Shown: piece after piece, positions 20,327 to 30,314 of the stretch
Numbering within the stretch: position 1 is the first letter of the stretch
Layout of the letters: each line of letters starts with the position of its first letter
Virus record (IMG/VR): IMGVR_UViG_3300021979_000001
Location: 290,948 to 354,947 of that record
DNA length: 64,000 nt
Source: a virus
Taxonomy: Duplodnaviria; Heunggongvirae; Uroviricota; Caudoviricetes
Strand: one strand, 5' to 3'
Position numbers and translations under genes: made by a program
The notes under the pieces: model-generated
Database searches by the model: none
What the model saw: the letters and a program-made list of their open reading frames with translations, nothing else
Told to the model about the DNA's origin: nothing

Positions 20327-20716
20327 ATGTCAGTAGAAGATGCAGTCTATCAACTTCATATTGCGGTGAAAGAAGGCAAAGTCGATGCAAGCACCGCCCA
20401 TAATATTGAGAAGGTGATTTCCGCACCAGTTGGATCAACCGTATACATTGTCCCAATTCGGTTCTGGGAAGAAAAAGAACCGTATTTAGGGACAGTTGTT
20501 GATCCGGTATACGGAAGCGACTATCGTTTTTTGATGGTTAAACCGGAAGACGACCACAAAATGTATTTTGACACTAGTCGCCTTTTCTTGACGAAAAAAG
20601 AAGCACTTGCTGAAATTGAAAAAAAGAATAAAATTCGTCAGGAAAAAGAGGACAAAGAAATTGAAAAATTGTTGAATAACATTTTTAAGAAAAAAACAAT
20701 AAAAAAACCGGGGTAA
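20327..20716 (+). CDS. hypothetical early protein
   Basis: 129 aa; TTGACA at 20271 upstream. Confidence 0.65.
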   Translation: MSVEDAVYQLHIAVKEGKVDASTAHNIEKVISAPVGSTVYIVPIRFWEEKEPYLGTVVDPVYGSDYRFLMVKPEDDHKMYFDTSRLFLTKKEALAEIEKKNKIRQEKEDKEIEKLLNNIFKKKTIKKPG

Positions 20717-20730
20717 ACCCCCGGTTTTTT
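20701..20730. terminator. bidirectional intrinsic terminator
   Basis: AAAAAAACCGGGG-loop-CCCCGGTTTTTT. Confidence 0.8.
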
Positions 20731-20746
20731 ATTGTCTCATATATTA

Positions 20747-21271
20747 TTAAAAATGATCTCCGCCTTTCAGCGCAAGGATCAGACGGTTTGTTGCAGCGTA
20801 GAGAATTTCGGATCGCAGGTATGCATTATCGAGCAATTTTTTAATCGCATAGTTGATACCGTCATTAACGGTTTTTGCGCCAGATGCATGTCCAACCGCG
20901 ACCGTATATGTGGCACCGCGTTCATAAGGCACATCAAACGCCGCGATCCATACCTTGTATGGATACTTATCAACCGTCTCACGATTTTCAAACCCGTCAA
21001 TGATTGATTTTTCAACAACGAGTAGCCCGTAAATTTCACCGGCTTCGTTGGTGAAAGTCACATGATCATTTTCCAATGCATGCCAGCGGTTGTTCTGCCG
21101 AATAATCAATTCGTTTATGTAGGGTTGCATTACCTCCATGACATCTTGCGAGGAGAACGCATTCCCCGAGTTCCGATCATAAAGATATTGTTGAAGTGCT
21201 GATACGCGATCAGCGCGTATATTCCCTGTAATAAGGTCATTGATTGCCAACCATTCGGTATTCCGGCGCAT
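20747..21271 (-). CDS. hypothetical protein
   Basis: 174 aa; AAGGA RBS. Confidence 0.65.
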   Translation of the reverse strand: MRRNTEWLAINDLITGNIRADRVSALQQYLYDRNSGNAFSSQDVMEVMQPYINELIIRQNNRWHALENDHVTFTNEAGEIYGLLVVEKSIIDGFENRETVDKYPYKVWIAAFDVPYERGATYTVAVGHASGAKTVNDGINYAIKKLLDNAYLRSEILYAATNRLILALKGGDHF

Positions 21272-21429
21272 GTTGATTTCCTTAATACTAATTGTTTAAC
21301 CAATAGTGCATTGTCCATAAGCCAGGACTATAACAATAAAAACAATGATGAAACAACGTGATTTCATGACCTGATCATCGTTTCTACCGTGATTATAAAC
21401 AGATAATATATATTAATCAATCGTTTTCA

Positions 21430-21645
21430 TTATTCACCTTCGCTGCTAAAATTCATTTTCTGCATGTCAACAATATCCTGAATAAAATAGACATTACCAT
21501 GTTTATCTACACATAAATTAGCGCCTACATATGGATGTGCCAGGGTCATGTTATTATTACGACATGCTTCTTCCATATGGTATTTGGAAAAATGGAAGCA
21601 GAACACGATCATAATAATGGCGAGTATGACAATTAAAAAACGCAT
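21430..21645 (-). CDS. small membrane-anchored protein
   Basis: N-terminal hydrophobic helix. Confidence 0.55.
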   Translation of the reverse strand: MRFLIVILAIIMIVFCFHFSKYHMEEACRNNNMTLAHPYVGANLCVDKHGNVYFIQDIVDMQKMNFSSEGE

Positions 21646-21783
21646 TCACACGATTTTTGATCTTCTGTTTCATCTAACAGTCGCAACTTATTTTCCTTTC
21701 ATAATACTTTTGTTTCAACAAACAAGAATATAACTGTAGTTATATCAACATACGATATTTCACATAGTGTGATAAATAATATC

Positions 21784-22587
21784 ATGAAAATATCAGATTT
21801 TATATCAGAAAATATAATTGTTAATGAGTATATTGAAACAAACCATGTGTTCAATGCTGCGTTACAAACTGCATTCCAGGTGATGTCCATTCCGTTGTTT
21901 GATGGGCACAAAGAATCATGGCCGCAAGAAATGGCTTTACATTTTGAAACCAATTTTACTGACCTGGCATCGGATATAAGTTCCGATATTTATAAATCAG
22001 TTAGAGTTGAGTTTAAATTTGATAATTTTTTTCATGGTATGTTTAACATGAATTATAACGAGAACAATGATGAACGAGTGGGAACGATCACTATTTATCT
22101 CGATGAAAACTTATTTTTTGGTCATAAATATATCCATTGGGTATCTTCCTCGAAACTGATCAAACATATCGCACAAAAAATTGCTGAAATATTCACACAT
22201 GAATATTTTCATTCAGAACAGAATAGTCGTAATATTAAACGTAACGGGAGTTTTAACAAATATCGATCATCAAAATTGACAACAGACGTTATGTCAATCA
22301 ATGATGACAATTCCAGTTATAGAGCATATTTGGCAGATGTGCGTGAATTGCCAGCACAAGCATTGACTGCTGCTCACGCTATGGTCAAATTCTATGGCTC
22401 TGTGGAAAATGCACTGAATATGTTTAGTTCAAATCAATTTGCAAAACTTGTAGAAGACGTTAAGCAGAACATTGAATTGAATATGATGTGGGTGTATTTT
22501 TCCTGGATTAGAAAAACATCCGACGGAGATAAGTTCTTTAAACTGTATGTGAAAAACATCATACTGCATTTGCAACATATGATGTGA
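21784..22587 (+). CDS. zincin-like metallopeptidase-fold protein (late, head-leader type)
   Basis: IFTHEYFHSEQ (HExxH)...YLAD.RELPA; MKISDFISE leader; ATAAATA 21772-21778. Confidence 0.7.
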   Translation: MKISDFISENIIVNEYIETNHVFNAALQTAFQVMSIPLFDGHKESWPQEMALHFETNFTDLASDISSDIYKSVRVEFKFDNFFHGMFNMNYNENNDERVGTITIYLDENLFFGHKYIHWVSSSKLIKHIAQKIAEIFTHEYFHSEQNSRNIKRNGSFNKYRSSKLTTDVMSINDDNSSYRAYLADVRELPAQALTAAHAMVKFYGSVENALNMFSSNQFAKLVEDVKQNIELNMMWVYFSWIRKTSDGDKFFKLYVKNIILHLQHMM

Positions 22588-23005
22588 TACTATCGTTAAA
22601 TAACGAATCCTTCAAATAATATAAAATATTTGGTTCATATGCCAATAAGGCAAACTCACCATTATGATACGAACCAAAATATGCCTGAATAAAATAGTCG
22701 GAATTATCATATCGTTTTTTCAAAAACGATATATTCGAGAAATCATGTGTGCTATCATTACAGATTATATTAACGCTATTTTCATTTATATTGCACAACA
22801 ATGAGAACTTTTTTGATACTGGGAAATCATGATACCATACCCCAGCGGTTCTGGTAATTGAAATCATATCAAATAACCATTTGGATTTGGATTTATTTGT
22901 ATGCCCGAATGATGCTGTTTGTCCCATACAACATAACATTATGTTATGTATAATCAAACTATCGTCATCTGAAAAATCAAACAATTTATTCAACGAACTC
23001 GCCAT
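22559..23005 (-). CDS. hypothetical protein
   Basis: 148-aa ORF. Confidence 0.55.
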   Translation of the reverse strand: MASSLNKLFDFSDDDSLIIHNIMLCCMGQTASFGHTNKSKSKWLFDMISITRTAGVWYHDFPVSKKFSLLCNINENSVNIICNDSTHDFSNISFLKKRYDNSDYFIQAYFGSYHNGEFALLAYEPNILYYLKDSLFNDSITSYVANAV

Positions 23006-23036
23006 AGTGGTTTATCAAGGGTGTGATGATGCGGTC

Positions 23037-23447
23037 CTATGATATGGGAGGTTCAATTAACCCATCAAAAAAATCGACAAATGATATATGGGATTCAAAT
23101 GTATAGAGGGCGTTAAATGTTGATGCGATATATTTCATATCACGACGAATACAAATACTAATAATTTTATATGATTTGGTTAAAAAGTCATATGACAGAA
23201 ATGAGTATTCTTCCAACATTCCCAAAATACTGAATATACTTTTAATAGCAACTATTTTTTTATTCGTTATGCCGTAAATTGTGTAAGTAAAAGTTCCATT
23301 ATCAAAATTGACTTTTCTGGAATACTGCTTATTGTATAGATCGATGTTTGCGATAAAAGTATAAGCATCGGTGTTCCATAAATCACCATTTATAGTGTCA
23401 GAAATTGATTTGATTATTAAAATATTCTGGTCGCTACACTTTTTCAT
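23037..23447 (-). CDS. hypothetical protein
   Basis: 136-aa ORF. Confidence 0.55.
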   Translation of the reverse strand: MKKCSDQNILIIKSISDTINGDLWNTDAYTFIANIDLYNKQYSRKVNFDNGTFTYTIYGITNKKIVAIKSIFSILGMLEEYSFLSYDFLTKSYKIISICIRRDMKYIASTFNALYTFESHISFVDFFDGLIEPPIS

Positions 23448-23653
23448 TTTTATGTTCGTTATGCGGCGATATTCGTTTTAACGTCGATTTTCCGGTGCGA
23501 TTTTTGCACAGTAATTGGGATGGTTTTGGTGATGGCATCAGTCTGATCACACAACCGGATTTTCGGTTCCTGGATGCGGACATCAAACATTTCGTGGGTG
23601 ATGGCAACAGACGGGCACACGATCATCTTACGTCTCTCACAACGGTGGGGAAA

Positions 23654-23730
23654 TGGCGATCCCTGCTGGATTCGAACCAGCAACCTACAGATTAGAAGTC
23701 TGTTGCTCTATCCAGTTGAGCTAAGGGACC
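23654..23730 (-). tRNA. tRNA-Arg(TCT)
   Basis: GGTCCCT/AGGGATC acceptor, ACAGA-CTTCTAA-TCTGT anticodon arm, TTCGAAT T-loop, CCA. Confidence 0.96.
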
Positions 23731-23741
23731 GTATTAAGATG

Positions 23742-23770
23742 AACATAGTTATTTGTGAATTTAATGTCAA
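23742..23770 (-). promoter_or_regulatory. sigma70-like promoter for tRNA-Arg
   Basis: TTGACA-17 nt-TATGTT just upstream of the tRNA 5' end. Confidence 0.6.
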
Positions 23771-23805
23771 CATTATTATTTATGATGACGCCAAAAACGT
23801 ATATA

Positions 23806-24057
23806 TCACATCATGATACATACATGTTGCTGACCGGTTTTCGGATGAATGGCGATAAAATGCCCGGTATCTGGATCGAGCCTGATAACGCAATCCAGCA
23901 CTTCATTTTCATCGTTGAAACGGGCTTTGGTCATATCATACGTTGGATTGGCCCAATATGTCGGATATACCGGTGGTCTGATTTCAGACATCGTGTCCGT
24001 TGTGTTACTAAATGTCTGTTTAATATGTTTCAGGAACGAGACTGCGAATCGTAGCAT
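23806..24057 (-). CDS. hypothetical protein
   Basis: 83 aa; GGAG RBS. Confidence 0.55.
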   Translation of the reverse strand: MLRFAVSFLKHIKQTFSNTTDTMSEIRPPVYPTYWANPTYDMTKARFNDENEVLDCVIRLDPDTGHFIAIHPKTGQQHVCIMM

Positions 24058-24079
24058 AATGACTCCGTTATGTTTGGGA

Positions 24080-25186
24080 TCAAAATAATTCAGAATACCG
24101 TAACTGCGCCATGATCATATCGCGTTCATTTTTGAAATACGCAGCTACTAATGTAGTCGGATGTGGGAGAAATATAGTGCGACTGCTATAATAATCCCCA
24201 TCTACTGTATGTCTAATAATATTAGGTGACAGCGTGTGAGTTACTCTGTTCATTAAATCCGAATAGATGAAGGCAGACACATGATCGAACTTAAACTTTT
24301 CTGTATATTTAAAAGTAGTAACAGCACCGTCGAGTTTGAAAATAGATGATGCTAATGCATCGTTGTCTCCTAATAAGTTATAATTAGTTTTAAAGACTTG
24401 GTAAAAATATTTATCATAATAATTAATATTGAAGTCAAGTTTATATGGAAATTTCTTAAATAATATTTCCTCGGTTATTAAACATTCGGTTAATACATTA
24501 CGAATATTTTCTTTATGTTCGCTATTTTCCATGTATAAATTATTGTCATATAAAACTATTATTGTTTTATTCTTTTTAGCATATGATTTTAAACCTTGAA
24601 TATAAGAATAGGCGCAGGATAATGTAACCGAATCGTTATCGTTTACCAGTGTAATGTATTCCGAACAATATTTCAATGCATGTGCTGGTTTACTATGGTG
24701 TGATGCTATATCCCTATACTGATGAAATCCATATAACCGTGATTTGGTAATATTGGAATGTTCTCTATCATTGCCATCATAGACCAGTTTTATACCATAT
24801 GGTAGAAATATATGGTTGGTTGATACATTTGTGTCTTGTTTAACCATAGACCACACACCATTGCCGGATACCGTGTCGATTTGGCTACAATACCATTGTA
24901 ATAAGGTTAAGTGATCAGATACCGTTAAATGAATTGGCGTATTCCCAGTGAATGGGAAGTTAGTTCCATGCATTTTAAGCAAAGCAATTTGATATGGGTA
25001 AAGTATATTATTAATGTTAGAGATAAAATTAAATTCATTTTCATTATATCCAAGAGAAATTTTTAGTTTGTTTGAAAGTTTTCTAAACATCCCTACTGAA
25101 ATTTTTTCCCCTACATAACTGGCTACGTAATATTCGTTACGCCCGTCATTATTAAAAACCATATGAAAAGTAGTGGTATCTGTCAT
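24080..25186 (-). CDS. expanded paralog family protein (unknown function)
   Basis: 368 aa; LKSYAKKNKTIIV..NNLYME; ends YFKNERDMIMAQL. Confidence 0.75.
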   Translation of the reverse strand: MTDTTTFHMVFNNDGRNEYYVASYVGEKISVGMFRKLSNKLKISLGYNENEFNFISNINNILYPYQIALLKMHGTNFPFTGNTPIHLTVSDHLTLLQWYCSQIDTVSGNGVWSMVKQDTNVSTNHIFLPYGIKLVYDGNDREHSNITKSRLYGFHQYRDIASHHSKPAHALKYCSEYITLVNDNDSVTLSCAYSYIQGLKSYAKKNKTIIVLYDNNLYMENSEHKENIRNVLTECLITEEILFKKFPYKLDFNINYYDKYFYQVFKTNYNLLGDNDALASSIFKLDGAVTTFKYTEKFKFDHVSAFIYSDLMNRVTHTLSPNIIRHTVDGDYYSSRTIFLPHPTTLVAAYFKNERDMIMAQLRYSELF

Positions 25187-25189
25187 TGA

Positions 25190-26176
25190 TTAATCTTCCA
25201 ACAAAAAATGAGAAAATTTCACATTAAACATCACGGAATCTTCAATGGTTTTAAATAACATATAACCATGTATATGAGAAATCTTAACAAAAATAATGTC
25301 GTGGTTGCTTAATTGCTTTATATTATCACTGTCAATCATTGAATAATATTCAACCAGGTGCAAGCTGGTATCATTGAGTGTAATACCGTTTACTATAATA
25401 TTATTATGTTCGATGATATGTTGTGTTATTTTAGCAAAACATGAAACCGACATATCTAATTTATAAGGATAACAACTAATCAAGTTGTTAATATGATTCG
25501 GGTCATTTTCCAGAATATTGACAATATTTTTTTTATGATAGTCGTTTTCTAAATATAGTCTATAACCAGTATCAATAATAAAGGTATGGTTGTTTAATAG
25601 ATAATTTTTAATATTAGTGTTGCTTCTAATCCCCAGGGTAGAAAGGCATGTGTCATTATTGACATAATGTAGATGTGCAGTAATATCATCACAGGTGATA
25701 AATTTATACGATGGGTTTAATACATCATAATAAATTGGGTGAGTAGTATGGGTATCCCAGCTAATATTTGATACAAAATCAACGTTATTTCCGCCGCCAT
25801 GTTCCGCAGTTGTATGAATATAAAGATCAGGTATAGTGCGACGGGCAATAGTCCGCATTATATCCATATTGTTAAAAAAATTTGATTTTGTAGACGGGTG
25901 GGTTCTACTCAATAATATATGATTTAAATCGGGTATCGTATATTGAGATGGTATATAAATACCCATATTATGCAAATATATTATATCTAATGGGTAAATT
26001 ATATTTGAAATATTAATGAGGCTATAATCAAACCTGGTATTAGGGGTTCTACCAATGGTTAATCCAACCCTATTTTGTTCGGAAACAACCGCGTCGATAA
26101 TTACGGTTGCTGGATAATTCGATTTGCATACCGTGTGAACTCCGAAATTGTTAACATGAAGTTCATATTCGGTCAT
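25190..26176 (-). CDS. expanded paralog family protein
   Basis: 328 aa; similar to neighbour 24080 (NI.NIIYP, LY.EN..HK.NI.N.L, PYKLD); ends LFKTIEDSVMF. Confidence 0.75.
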   Translation of the reverse strand: MTEYELHVNNFGVHTVCKSNYPATVIIDAVVSEQNRVGLTIGRTPNTRFDYSLINISNIIYPLDIIYLHNMGIYIPSQYTIPDLNHILLSRTHPSTKSNFFNNMDIMRTIARRTIPDLYIHTTAEHGGGNNVDFVSNISWDTHTTHPIYYDVLNPSYKFITCDDITAHLHYVNNDTCLSTLGIRSNTNIKNYLLNNHTFIIDTGYRLYLENDYHKKNIVNILENDPNHINNLISCYPYKLDMSVSCFAKITQHIIEHNNIIVNGITLNDTSLHLVEYYSMIDSDNIKQLSNHDIIFVKISHIHGYMLFKTIEDSVMFNVKFSHFLLED

Positions 26177-26252
26177 GCCTGTATCCTTTGGTATAGATAT
26201 TCAACATCAAAATCGGGTAGGCCAATTTAATGCCCACCCGTTTCCGATACCA

Positions 26253-27134
26253 TCATTTTTTATATTTTGCAATGATTCCCTGTAATTCGGTAATCATGTC
26301 GTCAACATCAACATTTTTAGCTACTGCCTGGCTGATCGTTCCATAATGGCTCTCGATGCATTCTAACAACAATGCTTTTATGTTTGCTTCATTCGGACGA
26401 TGCTGCAATGTAGATGTTTCATATAGTCTTGCTAAGTGTTTTTCTTTTTCGGTAAACCAGTCTTTAAGACGGGCCAGTTCCCATTCACCACGACGAATAC
26501 TCTTAAGAATTTCACGACCTTTTTCGATGTCCAGGTCATGTGTTTCAAGAATTTGTTCACATTCTTGCGCCAGACGAACAACATGATATGCAAACTTTAC
26601 ATCATATCCGTATTTCTCGATGCTTTCGGCTCGTTTCGGATTTGAGGAATTAGTTTTGTTTTCGATCTTTGACATCTGGGAATACGCATATCCACTGAAC
26701 TTGTGAAAGGCCCCTTTATGCAGAAACATCTTGCGGTTTTCCCGCAAACGTTCAGATATGGCCGTGCTATGCAGAACCGCACGTCGTGGGGTAAACAAGC
26801 TGTCAATCATATTGGGGTTATTGTCCATGCACAGTTGGAAATAACGCACAATGGAATATACCGAAAAGTCGTATGTTTTATTCTTGCCATTCGGGTCTTT
26901 GATGTGGTGTTGTTGCCATTGACCAAATGTGGGGGTTTGGGTGGCAAACCCCGGTATCTCCCCGGCTGTATGCGGGAACAAAATTGATTTGGGCGGCATG
27001 CAAAACCCATAAATATCGATGTCACTATTATCGTTGGAAACACCGTATGCCACTGATCCCATCATGGTGAGATATAATACGTTGTCATGCAACCAAGAGG
27101 GTGCATTACTGGAAGAAATTATGTTTAAAACCAT
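26253..27134 (-). CDS. DNA polymerase beta-superfamily nucleotidyltransferase (YcgL/RlaP-like)
   Basis: GSVAYG...SDIDIYG, NNPNMIDSLF, GYDVKFAYHVVRL, IRRGEW. Confidence 0.85.
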   Translation of the reverse strand: MVLNIISSSNAPSWLHDNVLYLTMMGSVAYGVSNDNSDIDIYGFCMPPKSILFPHTAGEIPGFATQTPTFGQWQQHHIKDPNGKNKTYDFSVYSIVRYFQLCMDNNPNMIDSLFTPRRAVLHSTAISERLRENRKMFLHKGAFHKFSGYAYSQMSKIENKTNSSNPKRAESIEKYGYDVKFAYHVVRLAQECEQILETHDLDIEKGREILKSIRRGEWELARLKDWFTEKEKHLARLYETSTLQHRPNEANIKALLLECIESHYGTISQAVAKNVDVDDMITELQGIIAKYKK

Positions 27135-27322
27135 TAGTAACCTCTGGTCTGAACAAGGGTTGATACCCCTGGTTGATTGGATATTGTTGCCATTGCCTTG
27201 CTGATTTTTTCATAATCAGCAGCAGAAACGGTGCCGAAATCCATTTCGAAATATGCTTTGCTGTTTGGTGCATTTTTTTCAAAATGATCGATAATTTTAC
27301 GCATGTCATCGTAAGAAATCAT
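27134..27322 (-). CDS. small hypothetical protein
   Basis: 62 aa; stop overlaps the nucleotidyltransferase start. Confidence 0.5.
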   Translation of the reverse strand: MISYDDMRKIIDHFEKNAPNSKAYFEMDFGTVSAADYEKISKAMATISNQPGVSTLVQTRGY

Positions 27323-27473
27323 GAGTTGGGTGCCTTATCCGTAAACTATTGTGATACGAAAATTATCATACACATGGAGGGAGTGCAATATTTTTGTTCC
27401 ATGGTGTCAATCACGTCTAATATTATTGTTTACACTGCACAAATTGCTGGTATATACTTGATCAAATGTATGG

Positions 27474-28265
27474 TTGATAGCGGGTAGATTGATCGCAATG
27501 GCAAGTAGTTTCAATGACAACATAATCCAACGTAGATTGCTGAAAAAATATTTTAGTGATTTTGGGATCACATTGAGTCGTGACAGACCACTCGATAACA
27601 TCATGATCAAAATGATTAGTGCGGTCTACGCTGATAAAATGAAAACATTTCCATTTGACGTTGATATATACGAAAGTAAAAATTATGATATGCAATCGGA
27701 TGACATCGATCTGTTGCTGAAATGGGTCCAGTCGGATGATTTGAGTTTGCCTAATGGTAAGGTGAAACTTAACGAAGTTTGTATGACAAACTGGGAATGT
27801 AATATTAAGTTATTTAATGCCACCGTTAATGATATACCAAGCATGGTTTATAATGCGGTGGTTAGTTCGGTATATTTTCACGTAAATTATTCGTTAACTC
27901 ATTATATTCAAAAATACGTTATTAATAATAATTTGAAGGCATTAGTAACAAATAGAATAGTATATTGTGATTCTAACAATGCACTTGATCATTTTTGTAT
28001 TAAAGCAAAAGAAACCCATATAATAATAGATGATGTTCCGCATTATACTATCATAATAAAAGATAGGTCGTTGCATAGTTCATATCAACTATATGAAATG
28101 TTATATGATGCAAATTTAACATTTATATCTGCAAATTATTTGGATAATATCGGGTATGAATGTTATGATTTTTTGTCAGATCGATATGATGTCTACATCG
28201 CCGGTGACAGATTATTTTGTAGAACAGAAACGAATGCAGTAATATGCAAACTCCTTTTTGGATAA
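27474..28265 (+). CDS. expanded paralog family protein (short)
   Basis: 263 aa; ends LFCRTETNAVICKLLFG. Confidence 0.65.
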   Translation: MIAGRLIAMASSFNDNIIQRRLLKKYFSDFGITLSRDRPLDNIMIKMISAVYADKMKTFPFDVDIYESKNYDMQSDDIDLLLKWVQSDDLSLPNGKVKLNEVCMTNWECNIKLFNATVNDIPSMVYNAVVSSVYFHVNYSLTHYIQKYVINNNLKALVTNRIVYCDSNNALDHFCIKAKETHIIIDDVPHYTIIIKDRSLHSSYQLYEMLYDANLTFISANYLDNIGYECYDFLSDRYDVYIAGDRLFCRTETNAVICKLLFG

Positions 28266-28277
28266 TAGGCAACATAT

Positions 28278-29285
28278 ATGGATATAATACACACCGAAAC
28301 AGTAGTCGATGGAAAACTTTTTAAAATAGACATACAAACTTATTCATCGAGTAAGAAGTATACGCGGGATATATTATCATTTGAAAAAATTGAGAGAACA
28401 TTATTTAATCAATATTACAAGAATAGTTTGTTATTTCATATATTTTATGAAAATGATCATACTTCATCGATTGTTTCTAACGATAACATAATATATCCTT
28501 GTATGATTAGTTTAAACAATCGACATCATATGTTTGACAATTCAACGTTTCCGCTTAAGTTTGATGATTTTCGTCCTGATATTGGGTATAAATTGTTACC
28601 AGAACATATCGCATATTTGCGAATATGGGCTGTGTTAAAAAATGATATGGATAATGATTGGCAATTTGTTGATCCATTACAAACCCCTATGGAACAGGTA
28701 ACAATAACCGAGTATGTTCCCGAATGTGGTTTGCTTAATATGTCCGATAATTATCGCCTGGCGGGCGACTGGTTTAATGATGAAGTTCTTAATTCTGTTA
28801 TCAAATTGCCGAATACATTAATAATGGGAAGTGCGATAAACGATGACAAAAACATATTTTTTATGGCAATTGATAAGTTTGCCAGGAAGAATAAAATTAA
28901 AATTATTCATCATGACCATCAATTTATTCTTAATAATAATAGCGAAAAAGATTTAATAACAATTATTACCAGACAGTGGAAATCAATAGAGAGAATAGAA
29001 AAGAAATTATCCAAACAATCATGGTGTTTTTCACGGAAAAATATTAAAATAAAGGATATAAAAGATAAGTTGAACGTTTTAAATGAGGTGAACATTAATT
29101 ATTATTATTTGGCATATGAATCGAATACATATGCACATATGATATTTGGTTATTATCCAGTAATATCTGAAAAGATTAAAAATGCTGATATTGTGTTGTT
29201 TGATAACGGGAACAGTGTTAACATTCGAATTCGCGATGCCGAAACGGCAGTAATGATAAAATTAACCATGCAGGAAATATTATGA
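28278..29285 (+). CDS. expanded paralog family protein
   Basis: 335 aa; IDKFARKNKIKII; ends IRDAETAVMIKL. Confidence 0.75.
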   Translation: MDIIHTETVVDGKLFKIDIQTYSSSKKYTRDILSFEKIERTLFNQYYKNSLLFHIFYENDHTSSIVSNDNIIYPCMISLNNRHHMFDNSTFPLKFDDFRPDIGYKLLPEHIAYLRIWAVLKNDMDNDWQFVDPLQTPMEQVTITEYVPECGLLNMSDNYRLAGDWFNDEVLNSVIKLPNTLIMGSAINDDKNIFFMAIDKFARKNKIKIIHHDHQFILNNNSEKDLITIITRQWKSIERIEKKLSKQSWCFSRKNIKIKDIKDKLNVLNEVNINYYYLAYESNTYAHMIFGYYPVISEKIKNADIVLFDNGNSVNIRIRDAETAVMIKLTMQEIL

Positions 29286-30247
29286 CCTATAACCCCAATG
29301 AATTTGTCTTTTTTTTAGATGATACGTATTTTTACGCCGTTATTGTTGATAAAAATGCTGTCATTCTACCACCAAGTATTGATGTGGATCAAAATATTAA
29401 AATGACGAAAGATCATGGTATCGCTGGTCTTCCTTATTATACTGAAAATGCTATATATTTTAAAGATACGGACTGCTACAATAAGAGTTTAATGACGCCG
29501 GTTAACATTATGCGGTTTAAAGCAGATTTTACACGCATACATGACTTTCCGATAAAGTTATTAGATGATGCTGGTGTCAGTTACGATGTATCAGAAGTAA
29601 CAAAAAATGCAATATTTATATGGGTATATCTGTATAATAAACTTACGGAAAATAACACAGTAAAAATATTTTATAAATCAGACGATGGGACAGGAGAAAC
29701 ATATAAACCGGTTATGTCCAGTTTAACCATGGTTAAACGCGATACTAAAATCAAAAATGGTCTATATGAGATTTTACGTTATAATCATTTTGCATTTACT
29801 ATGCCTTATACTAGATCATATGAAAAACGAGAGATATATAATAATTTGCCAGTAACACCGTATAAAATTAATATTACTGATTACTTAGCCGAACCAGTAG
29901 ATGCGCAAAAATCAACATTTGATTATGGACCTAAAAGTAAATTAATGACCGATCAAATGTTTCAGAGCATGGATGAATTTGCCAAGAAAAATGATACAAG
30001 CATTTTCATATATGAAACTGGTGATATTTATTTGGAAAAATCATTATTTTCTGATTTCAAAATGGATATACTTGACAAGTTGTGTGATGTTGAAGATTTA
30101 TCCAATAAAAAAACATGTTATGAAATAAAACATCAAGTAAACAAAACTAAAACTCTAACTAATAGTTTTCCGAAAAAGGTTTTTCTTATAAAGAATGGTA
30201 TCTTAAAAATGGCAAAGTTTGTTCAAGATATTTTCAGAAATATTTAA
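29282..30247 (+). CDS. expanded paralog family protein, frameshifted C-terminus
   Basis: MDEFAKKNDTSIFI..GDIYLE; family-like tail continues in another frame to ~30318. Confidence 0.7.
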   Translation: MTYNPNEFVFFLDDTYFYAVIVDKNAVILPPSIDVDQNIKMTKDHGIAGLPYYTENAIYFKDTDCYNKSLMTPVNIMRFKADFTRIHDFPIKLLDDAGVSYDVSEVTKNAIFIWVYLYNKLTENNTVKIFYKSDDGTGETYKPVMSSLTMVKRDTKIKNGLYEILRYNHFAFTMPYTRSYEKREIYNNLPVTPYKINITDYLAEPVDAQKSTFDYGPKSKLMTDQMFQSMDEFAKKNDTSIFIYETGDIYLEKSLFSDFKMDILDKLCDVEDLSNKKTCYEIKHQVNKTKTLTNSFPKKVFLIKNGILKMAKFVQDIFRNI

Positions 30248-30314
30248 ACACATATGATACCGTTAATATTGTAACGAACTGCAATATTAGTTTAATTAGT
30301 TATACCGGAGTTAT

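Noticed and set aside
329-27134. Kinase, HAD phosphatase and nucleotidyltransferase as one RNA-repair system
   Set aside because: The genes are scattered over 27 kb and no RNA ligase is in the window; the link is unsupported
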